Source: a virus. Taken from it: DNA of 18,053 nt. The DNA lies in the IMG/VR virus record IMGVR_UViG_3300045816_000022. One strand, given 5' to 3'. Position numbers and translations under genes: made by a program. The notes beneath the pieces were generated by a model. The model did not search any database. It was given only the letters and a program-made list of their open reading frames with translations, and was not told the DNA's origin. This document shows positions 1 to 5,141 of this stretch, one piece after another. Numbering within the stretch: position 1 is the first letter of the stretch; each line of letters opens with the position of its first letter.

Positions 1-127
1 CCCACTTCTCTACATTGATGACGGTTTTCTCACTGTATTTCGTGGGGATATTCATAAAGCCGCGTAGAAAATCCGCATGGCTATTGTTTTCGGGTTTTGC
101 TTCCTCGGCAAGATCATCGAGGGTAAT
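1..127. repeat. Terminal overlap, copy 1 (identical to 17927-18053)
   Basis: Base-for-base identity by direct comparison of the two window ends. A 127-bp overlap is typical of a k-mer overlap left on circular assembly contigs. Confidence 0.95.
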
Positions 128-907
128 AAGCCCTTCGAGGCCGGGGTGGAACCCCCACGAGGCTGGATCGTAGGGGTCGTCGTCTTCGTTCATCGACCAT
201 TCGAAATAGGCGGTCGTGGAGTTCGGGTCCAAGGTCGCGGCGCGTCCTGCTTCACACAGTGCGTCCCACCACGTTGAGTCCACGTCACCGGCAGCGCTGA
301 TGATCCACCATTGGCGGTCGCCCAGCGTGATCTGGGCGGGCCGGATCGCCTTGGCCAAGATATCGCCTGATTCCTGGTCGAATTTCCAGCCCTCGTCGGT
401 GAACACGAGCGGCGGTGTTTCACCGTGGAGCGCGTCACGCCCTGGGGCGAACGGCGCGATTTTCGAGCCGTTCGGCCACGTCAACGATTCTGATCCTTGG
501 GAGCGTTTGATGTTCGCGAAATGGAACAGCGCGGACGATGATTGCAGGTCATTGACCAGGTCATTCCAGCGGGCCGTGGAGTACTTACCGAGCTGCGCAC
601 ACATGAACGCGTTGGTGTTCTTGGTCGAGAGTGTGCGCTCAATCATGACCGGGCGCTGGAGCACGGTCTTCCCCGTCTGGCGCGGCTGAGACACGATGAC
701 CCGCTGGTACCGGTATTTCAGGTGCGAGCCAGGCGGGTTGAGTTCGTTGGCCACGTCCGCGATATACCGCTGGTGAGAGTACAAAGGTTTGCCCAGGGCC
801 GCACCGATAGCCGCGACCTGCGGGCCACGTGTGGCCAGGTCAGGGTTACGGCGCGTCGCGTATTTGGGTGGGTGGGGCAGATCCTCGGGCAGGATGATCC
901 CGCTCAC
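1..907 (-). CDS. terL: Terminase large subunit, N-terminal (ATPase) part; continues across the circular junction into 17926..17403
   Basis: My own translation of the minus strand starts at GTG 907, which overlaps the upstream TGA as GTGA. It reads VSGIILPEDL...YQRVIVSQPRQTGKTVLQ (Walker A) ...PPLVFTDEGW (Walker B-like) ...FLRGFMNIPTKY. This runs in frame into ORF 17403..17981. The ORF track omits it because it runs off the window edge. Confidence 0.9.
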   Translation of the reverse strand, partial: MSGIILPEDLPHPPKYATRRNPDLATRGPQVAAIGAALGKPLYSHQRYIADVANELNPPGSHLKYRYQRVIVSQPRQTGKTVLQRPVMIERTLSTKNTNAFMCAQLGKYSTARWNDLVNDLQSSSALFHFANIKRSQGSESLTWPNGSKIAPFAPGRDALHGETPPLVFTDEGWKFDQESGDILAKAIRPAQITLGDRQWWIISAAGDVDSTWWDALCEAGRAATLDPNSTTAYFEWSMNEDDDPYDPASWGFHPGLEGLITLDDLAEEAKPENNSHADFLRGFMNIPTKYSEKTVINVEKW

Positions 908-1218
908 TGGTCTGTGTCTTCCAGCGCCTTGACCAACCGGTTAAACGAGTCATCGACTGCGGCCTGGACCGTGGGCAGACCGTCAGCGGTATCGAGAACC
1001 TTTGTATACAACTGCATCGCGGCGATGGAGAGTTTATCTTTACGAAACTCATAATCCAACGCCTTCGCACCCTGCATAATCAATTCAACTTTGAGCGAGT
1101 GAGTCCCATCCAGTGCGCCATGCGCGTGAAGGGCTTGAATTGTCTTATATGCGGCCTCGGCAATAGAACCCCCCAACACCTTGTCATCGGGCATTTCGAA
1201 AAGGTAAGGATTATCCAT
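904..1218 (-). CDS. Putative terminase small subunit (104 aa)
   Basis: A small helical protein immediately upstream of terL and coupled to it by a GTGA overlap. A GAGGTG Shine-Dalgarno precedes the ATG at 1218. It follows an HNH gene, as in HK97-type cos phages. The assignment is positional; I have no strong motif. Confidence 0.55.
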   Translation of the reverse strand: MDNPYLFEMPDDKVLGGSIAEAAYKTIQALHAHGALDGTHSLKVELIMQGAKALDYEFRKDKLSIAAMQLYTKVLDTADGLPTVQAAVDDSFNRLVKALEDTDQ

Positions 1219-1316
1219 GCTTCACCTCATATTCTTGTCTATTTCGATTTCTAAACTTTTTTTCAGAGCATTTCAGGGGGAACAGGACACTGCGGGGGGT
1301 GTCCTAGGGGTGGCGG
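1219..1316 (-). promoter_or_regulatory. HNH-terS intergenic region, candidate cos / packaging-recognition site
   Basis: Only AT-rich gap in the late operon (ttctaaactttttttcagagc). It is flanked by C/G runs and contains a 7-bp stem hairpin (AGGACAC 1284-1290 / GTGTCCT 1299-1305). In HK97-like phages the cos site lies between the HNH and terS genes. Confidence 0.3.
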
Positions 1317-1625
1317 TCAGAAAAACCCGGCCCGTAACCCGGACGCTCTGGCCGGGCGGGACCGGAACCGGGCCAACAGGGCCGGTGTCAACGGGCGGTT
1401 GCCACGCCGGGAGTTACAGCGCTGATGCGCGGGACGCAGGTTGCCCATGTCGTTGCCGCCACCCTTGGAACGCGGGATCAGGTGATCCACCGATGGCCCA
1501 TCTGGGTGGCGCTGACCGAGCAGGCGCACGTCGATAGGATGCTGGCACAAGTGACACTGATTGCCATAGGTCGCCAGCACCCGGCGCAACAGCGTCTGCG
1601 CTGAGCGTCCACCCCACCCACTCAT
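1317..1625 (-). CDS. HNH endonuclease (terminase-associated type)
   Basis: The protein contains CHLCQ ... VDHLIPRSKGGGNDMGNLRPAHQRCN, a classic HNH signature with flanking Cys ligands. Its ATG overlaps the upstream stop as ATGA. It sits just upstream of the terminase genes. Confidence 0.9.
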   Translation of the reverse strand: MSGWGGRSAQTLLRRVLATYGNQCHLCQHPIDVRLLGQRHPDGPSVDHLIPRSKGGGNDMGNLRPAHQRCNSRRGNRPLTPALLARFRSRPARASGLRAGFF

Positions 1626-1825
1626 GGCTTGACCTCTGCGAGCAGGCGGGCCAGGGCCGTGACTGTCTCGGTCAGGTCGGCCACATCCACCGCTGCGTCA
1701 GCGACCTCTTGCGATGAGGACTCAAACGTCACGTTGAACAGGTGGCAATGCGCGTCGTTGAGACGGGCAGCGGCTTCACGCAGATGGGTGCGAGCCACGC
1801 GCAGTTGATCGGTCGGTGTCAGCAT
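1622..1825 (-). CDS. Hypothetical protein (67 aa, helical)
   Basis: I trimmed the track ORF 1622..1933 to ATG 1825 (MLTPTDQL...). That start is preceded by GAGGA and by the TAA stop of the upstream gene. Its own stop overlaps the HNH start as ATGA. Confidence 0.55.
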   Translation of the reverse strand: MLTPTDQLRVARTHLREAAARLNDAHCHLFNVTFESSSQEVADAAVDVADLTETVTALARLLAEVKP

Positions 1826-1830
1826 GGCGG

Positions 1831-2115
1831 TTAGTCCTCTACGAGTCGAAGGGTGTGATAGTCGAGCGTGTCCTGAGCACCCACCACAGGACGCGAGGCG
1901 GGCGGTGGTGGCGTGGCCAGCGAGTGACGGCACAGGGCACAGGCCGGTAGCCCCTGCGAGGTAGTACGGGACAGGTCTTCACCGTGCTGGCAGATCGGCT
2001 TACCCTGCTCGATAGCCACTGTCAGGGCGCGTGGATCGAAGGCAGGGTGACCGTCTGGCTTTGTAGGTTGCCCACAAGTAGGGCAGGTACCGTGGCGGCT
2101 GGTCTTGCTTCCCAT
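1831..2115 (-). CDS. Cys-rich hypothetical protein (94 aa), possible zinc-ribbon
   Basis: An AAGGAG Shine-Dalgarno sits 8 nt upstream of ATG 2115. The protein has CPTC near the N-terminus plus CQH and CALC motifs. It is the first gene after the long non-coding region. Confidence 0.6.
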   Translation of the reverse strand: MGSKTSRHGTCPTCGQPTKPDGHPAFDPRALTVAIEQGKPICQHGEDLSRTTSQGLPACALCRHSLATPPPPASRPVVGAQDTLDYHTLRLVED

Positions 2116-2465
2116 CTGTTCATCTCCTTGCGTCAGGTCGTGGCTTAGTCGTGCATACCTATGCAGACCGCTACGCGGGCAGTCTCACCAAGCGGAAGGG
2201 CAGAGCCCTAGATCTCTCGGAGCGAAGCCCACATGCCCTTTTCCCGAGATCCATAGCGCCATATCCCCTCTGGCCATACACAAACAGACCCCCTCACTAT
2301 TGAGAGCGTCTTGTATTGGGTATGCCCGATTGCACGCTTCGCGACGCTATGTAACCGGTGCCCGTGCCGTTCACGGGACAATGCTTATGCCGGACCCCAC
2401 TGAGTTACGGCTAGGGGGCAGGAACGCCGGGAACGCTGGGTTATCTCTCCCAGATCGTTGAATCC

Positions 2466-2501
2466 AAAACCCCACACACGCGAGCGATTTCGTGTGTGAG
2501 G
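2466..2501 (-). terminator. Intrinsic terminator on the minus strand
   Basis: The minus strand reads CCTCACACACG-aaatcgctcg-CGTGTGTGGGG followed by TTTTGGATT. This is an 11-bp stem with one G-U pair, plus a U-tract. Confidence 0.6.
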
Positions 2502-2521
2502 CGTTGCAGCCAACGAGAGGG

Positions 2522-2562
2522 CTGTTCCCGCGCCGGTGGAAGGCGGCACGACGCGGGAACAG
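2522..2562 (-). terminator. GC-rich stem-loop immediately after the last early gene
   Basis: Perfect 11-bp inverted repeat CTGTTCCCGCG / CGCGGGAACAG with a 19-nt loop that has its own GCCG/CGGC sub-stem. It starts 5 nt after the TAA at 2567-2569. There is no U-tract. Confidence 0.45.
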
Positions 2563-2566
2563 GGTC

Positions 2567-2782
2567 TTAAAGGTGCGCGGTGTACTTGGTGGGGTCCACC
2601 TTTTCCAGCGCATCAGCAGCAGTGGCCAACGGTTCAGGGTGGCGCAAACGCGGGTTCAACTCGCGGATCACGATCCAACCCAGACGCGGGTCATGGAATA
2701 CGGACTTCACACGGCAGGTGCCCCGCGTGACCTTGTGCCGGGCCAGATCGCCGGGCTTGAACGGCGGCTTAAGCGCGGTCAT
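2567..2782 (-). CDS. Hypothetical protein (71 aa)
   Basis: I trimmed the start to ATG 2782 (MTALKPPF...), which overlaps the upstream TGA as ATGA. This is the last gene of the early operon. Confidence 0.6.
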   Translation of the reverse strand: MTALKPPFKPGDLARHKVTRGTCRVKSVFHDPRLGWIVIRELNPRLRHPEPLATAADALEKVDPTKYTAHL

Positions 2783-2787
2783 GATGC
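2766..2787. repeat. 22-bp direct repeat at a gene junction, copy 1
   Basis: The sequence ggcttaagcgcggtcatgatgc is identical to 3092-3113. It covers the stop/start overlap and the first six codons (MTALKP). Confidence 0.9.
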
Positions 2788-3108
2788 CCACTCCCAGAGC
2801 AGGCCTTCATCGTGGTTGACGGCGGTAATCTCGATAAGCCCGGTCTTGGCGACGGGCGGTGGCATCCAGTCAACTGCGTCAAGGCCAACGTAGGTGGTGC
2901 CTTCGAGACCGATGCCGAACCAACCCGATGCAAAGCACTCTTGCCCCGGTTGAGGCGCGTGGTCACATTCCTGATCGCAGTCGGGGCAGTAGGTGCGGCA
3001 GGAAGCGTCAGGGGCTGCGGTACACGTGAACGTGATCCGCTCGGGGTACGTAGATTCCCCGCTAGGGTCTACGTGGACAGTGACGGCGTGAGGCTTAAGC
3101 GCGGTCAT
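2779..3108 (-). CDS. Cys-rich hypothetical protein (109 aa)
   Basis: ATGA overlaps at both ends. The protein contains FTCTAAPDASCRTYCPDCDQECDH...ECF. No family recognised. Confidence 0.6.
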   Translation of the reverse strand: MTALKPHAVTVHVDPSGESTYPERITFTCTAAPDASCRTYCPDCDQECDHAPQPGQECFASGWFGIGLEGTTYVGLDAVDWMPPPVAKTGLIEITAVNHDEGLLWEWAS

Positions 3109-3113
3109 GATGC
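3092..3113. repeat. 22-bp direct repeat at a gene junction, copy 2
   Basis: Identical to 2766-2787. The two copies are 326 bp apart and bracket gene 2779..3108. Confidence 0.9.
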
Positions 3114-3416
3114 TGGTTCCTGGTGGGCTATGAGGACTTCGAGCTGAAGTGCCATAGCCTGTGCTTCAGCAAGCAACTCGGTCGGGATCGGGCACCACGG
3201 CGGGACTTCACACGGCCATATACGGGTTTTCACCGGGTAACTTGCTTCCCCACGTCGCCACTTCACGCGGGTAGCAGGGCCGGACACGTTGAGGAAGATA
3301 GATTCCGAGGTTACGCGCCACTTCAAGACCTCGGGCTTGAAGTAGCAGGTTGTACCCTTCGTTTCCGGCGAGTCAGCCGGAGCCGGAGTGTAGAACGTGA
3401 TGGTTGGATCGTTCAT
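3105..3416 (-). CDS. Hypothetical protein (103 aa)
   Basis: ATGA overlaps at both ends. No family recognised. Confidence 0.55.
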   Translation of the reverse strand: MNDPTITFYTPAPADSPETKGTTCYFKPEVLKWRVTSESIFLNVSGPATRVKWRRGEASYPVKTRIWPCEVPPWCPIPTELLAEAQAMALQLEVLIAHQEPAS

Positions 3417-3838
3417 GACTGACCGCCTACGGTGAAACTGATCATGCCGGACGGCATACCGCGCATGATCGAATAGGGCAGGTCGAGCACTGCCGCGAAC
3501 ATCGCGTCCTTCTCGCCGTCCGGCACGGCCATATAGACCTCGTTCACAGCGGCGTGGTTACCGTCGAATAGCGCGATGACCAGGCGGGCGGCGCGGGCAT
3601 CGTCAATGTGGATACCCTGCGCGGTGTGTTGTAGACGAGAGTCCACAGCGTCACGGTGTGGCTCTGGCAGAGCGCGGATCAGGCCCACTACCGTCTGGAT
3701 GGTCTGCGAGAGCACCGTGGTGATCTCCACGCCACCATTCACGAACTCGGCCACGAGGTCGGTAGCCGTCTTGTCACGCGAGAGCATGGCTTGGGCCAGA
3801 TCGTTCAACTGGTCACGAGTGAGTTGCTTGACCGTCAT
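3413..3838 (-). CDS. Hypothetical protein (141 aa)
   Basis: I trimmed the start to ATG 3838 (MTVKQLTRDQ...), which overlaps the upstream TGA as ATGA. No family recognised. Confidence 0.6.
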   Translation of the reverse strand: MTVKQLTRDQLNDLAQAMLSRDKTATDLVAEFVNGGVEITTVLSQTIQTVVGLIRALPEPHRDAVDSRLQHTAQGIHIDDARAARLVIALFDGNHAAVNEVYMAVPDGEKDAMFAAVLDLPYSIMRGMPSGMISFTVGGQS

Positions 3839-4080
3839 CGTGTCCACACCTGACCAGTTGGGGTGATCATCAGGTCAGAGCGTGGGTAGAACACGCGGCG
3901 ACCGGTGATCTGAGAGTCACCATCACAAGCGAAGTCAACGAGAGCGCGCATAGGCGGTGATTTAGGTGCCCTCACCTGGTCAATGCGGGTGAGGTTCGCG
4001 TTGCGTTGCGGTAGGTGCGCTTTTTCAGTCGTGTTGACGCACAACGGTACGGGGTGGGGTTTGGTGAGGGTCTTACTCAT
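3835..4080 (-). CDS. Hypothetical protein (81 aa), first gene of the early operon
   Basis: I trimmed the track ORF 3835..4209 to ATG 4080 (MSKTLTKP...). An AAGGAG Shine-Dalgarno sits 6 nt upstream of that start. Confidence 0.6.
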   Translation of the reverse strand: MSKTLTKPHPVPLCVNTTEKAHLPQRNANLTRIDQVRAPKSPPMRALVDFACDGDSQITGRRVFYPRSDLMITPTGQVWTR

Positions 4081-4090
4081 GATTCGCTCC

Positions 4091-4120
4091 TTTACCTGGT
4101 GCAGCAGTGCACGAGATGAT
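4091..4120 (+). promoter_or_regulatory. Candidate promoter for a leaderless transcript of ORF 4127..4504
   Basis: -35 TTTACC (4091-4096), 18-nt spacer, -10 GATGAT (4115-4120), then 6 nt to the ATG with no Shine-Dalgarno. The geometry matches the repressor promoter. The spacer holds the palindrome GTGCA-gcag-TGCAC (4099-4112). Confidence 0.3.
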
Positions 4121-4126
4121 GTGTGA

Positions 4127-4504
4127 ATGGGAATTTTTGGAAAGAAACAGCAAACTCCAGCCGATGCGTTGCCCATGGTTTGGGGTGATCGAGAAACAAG
4201 TTTCACCATGGATGCGGACGGTCTGGCGCGAAACTACAAGAAAGTGTTCGCGCCGCACGGTCTGAAACGTGGCGGCAAGAGTGAGCGGGTCACAGTAGTG
4301 GTGCGTAAGCGCTTTGGTGTGCCCTGGATCGAGTTCGAGGGCGTGTGGCTCGGATTTATTGAGCCGGAAAGTAGCGCAGGGACTCTGGTGAAGCGGGCAC
4401 AAGCCGTGTACGGCGAGGAATTCCGGTGCCGTGCTTACGCATGGCACAGTTGGGAACACGGCGGCTATGGCCTGCGTGTTTTCTTGCCGGAGTATCACGA
4501 CTGA
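4127..4504 (+). CDS. Reverse-oriented hypothetical protein (125 aa); candidate prophage-expressed accessory gene
   Basis: Its amino-acid composition looks natural. By my hand count about 40% of its codons start with G, against about a quarter for the codon-aligned antisense ORF 4073..4498. A hairpin follows its stop. No family recognised, and strand choice is not certain. Confidence 0.55.
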   Translation: MGIFGKKQQTPADALPMVWGDRETSFTMDADGLARNYKKVFAPHGLKRGGKSERVTVVVRKRFGVPWIEFEGVWLGFIEPESSAGTLVKRAQAVYGEEFRCRAYAWHSWEHGGYGLRVFLPEYHD

Positions 4505-4686
4505 ACCCTTTGGAGTCGCACTTGTTCGACCTGTTCACGGTCGAACAAGTGCGAACCAGTAACGCCGGGGAGTTTCAGGGCTGGTTCGAGTAGTCCGCGA
4601 GCAGCCCATTTGTTCACCGTGGCAACCGAGACGTTGAGAATACTCGCAACATCTCGCGTTGTGATCAGTTCACCATTTTTGATCAT
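4495..4686 (-). CDS. HTH DNA-binding protein, excisionase/MerR-like (HTH_17-type); Cro-like by position, possible Xis
   Basis: The 63-aa protein contains LITTRDVASILNVSVATVNKWAARGLL, the typical excisionase-family helix-turn-helix. It is divergent from the repressor across a 91-bp control region. Confidence 0.75.
   Translation of the reverse strand: MIKNGELITTRDVASILNVSVATVNKWAARGLLEPALKLPGVTGSHLFDREQVEQVRLQRVQS
4521..4549. terminator. Perfect 11-bp inverted repeat (CTTGTTCGACC-tgttcac-GGTCGAACAAG), candidate bidirectional terminator/attenuator
   Basis: It begins 17 nt downstream of the TGA of ORF 4127..4504. It lies within the 3' coding region of the convergent HTH gene (residues HLFDREQVEQV). 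There is no U-tract on either strand. Confidence 0.4.
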
Positions 4687-4693
4687 GTCGTCA

Positions 4694-4723
4694 AGATTGA
4701 CGCAAGATTGCTCATATTGTCAA
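4694..4723 (-). promoter_or_regulatory. Candidate leftward (lytic) promoter, leaderless
   Basis: The minus strand reads TTGACA (4723-4718), an 18-nt spacer, CAATCT (4699-4694), then 7 nt to the ATG at 4686. There is no Shine-Dalgarno. Confidence 0.45.
4701..4712. promoter_or_regulatory. Candidate operator O1 (cGCAAgaTTGCt)
   Basis: This 12-mer is repeated at 4755-4766 with 11/12 identity. It has an internal GCAA/TTGC dyad. It lies in the spacer of the leftward promoter. Confidence 0.45.
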
Positions 4724-4743
4724 GACTGCGGTTTGGCGGCGTG

Positions 4744-4771
4744 TTGACCCATGGCGCAAGTTTGCTAAGAT
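4744..4771 (+). promoter_or_regulatory. Candidate repressor promoter, leaderless
   Basis: -35 TTGACC (4744-4749), 16-nt spacer, -10 TAAGAT (4766-4771), then 6 nt to the ATG at 4778. There is no Shine-Dalgarno. Confidence 0.5.
4755..4766. promoter_or_regulatory. Candidate operator O2 (cGCAAgtTTGCt)
   Basis: Second copy of the 12-mer. It lies in the spacer of the repressor promoter and reaches the first base of its -10. Confidence 0.45.
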
Positions 4772-4777
4772 GTTGGC

Positions 4778-5134
4778 ATGTCACAGAATCACGAGTTCGC
4801 GGGCTTGGTCCCCGTGTGGACCTTGAGCGACCGCATTAAAAAAGCCCGTGAGGTCACGGGCTTGTCTCAAAAAGATTTGGCTGAAAAGACTGGAATCTCC
4901 ATGTCTACGATCAGCAACTATGAAAGCGGGGCAACTTCGCCACGCAAGGCACAGATCACGCTGATTGCATGGGCTACTGGCGTGGATCGGGGTTGGCTAG
5001 AAACAGGAATAGCCACCCCAACTTCTCCCGATGGAGAAGAAAAGGCGGCTATTTCCGACAGTGTGCGCTCGAAGGGATTCGAACCCCCAACCTTCTGGTT
5101 GGTGGACAGTTTGACAAACGCTATCGCCGCGTGA
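4778..5134 (+). CDS. XRE/CI-type phage repressor (118 aa, virion-encoded form) with an ssrA-like C-terminus
   Basis: The protein contains LSDRIKKAREVTGLSQKDLAEKTGISMSTISNYESG, a canonical HTH_3 motif. It ends ...LTNAIAA. The tRNA-like attP core lies inside codons 96-107. Confidence 0.85.
   Translation: MSQNHEFAGLVPVWTLSDRIKKAREVTGLSQKDLAEKTGISMSTISNYESGATSPRKAQITLIAWATGVDRGWLETGIATPTSPDGEEKAAISDSVRSKGFEPPTFWLVDSLTNAIAA
5064..5098 (-). other. Candidate attP common core: 3' 35 nt of a tRNA (anticodon-stem 3' strand through discriminator)
   Basis: The minus strand reads CCAGA AGGTT GGGGG TTCGAAT CCCTT CGAGCGC A. The T-stem needs two G-U pairs. No matching acceptor 5' strand, D-arm or anticodon arm follows, so this is a fragment and not a gene. 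Confidence 0.6.
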
Positions 5135-5141
5135 TCGGACG

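Noticed and set aside
1-127. The 127-bp direct terminal repeat might be a biological DTR or LTR-like end.
   Set aside because: It lies in the middle of the terL coding sequence and simply closes that ORF in frame. A 127-bp overlap is what a k=127 assembler leaves on a circular contig. I treat it as evidence of circular or concatemeric topology, not as real genome ends.
2105-2613. ORFs 2105-2461 (+, 118 aa) and 2371-2613 (-, 80 aa) as real genes in the non-coding region.
   Set aside because: Neither has a Shine-Dalgarno. Their composition is Arg/Ser/Pro/Cys-rich. They run straight through the terminator hairpins, and they lack the coupling seen in every other gene here.
4073-4498. The minus-strand ORF (141 aa) would make the Cro-like gene and early operon contiguous, and it even has a GTGA overlap with the HTH gene stop.
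   Set aside because: It is codon-aligned antisense to ORF 4127-4504. Its product is implausibly rich in His, Cys, Ser and Thr and poor in charged residues. By my count fewer of its codons start with G than in the plus frame. I regard it as a shadow ORF, but this rejection is not certain and needs strand-specific data.
5064-5140. A complete tRNA gene on the minus strand.
   Set aside because: Only the T-arm, the acceptor 3' strand and part of the anticodon stem are present. The sequence where the acceptor 5' strand should be (GCGGCGA) does not pair with CGAGCGC. No D-arm or anticodon loop with U33 can be drawn. It is a fragment (attP-type core).
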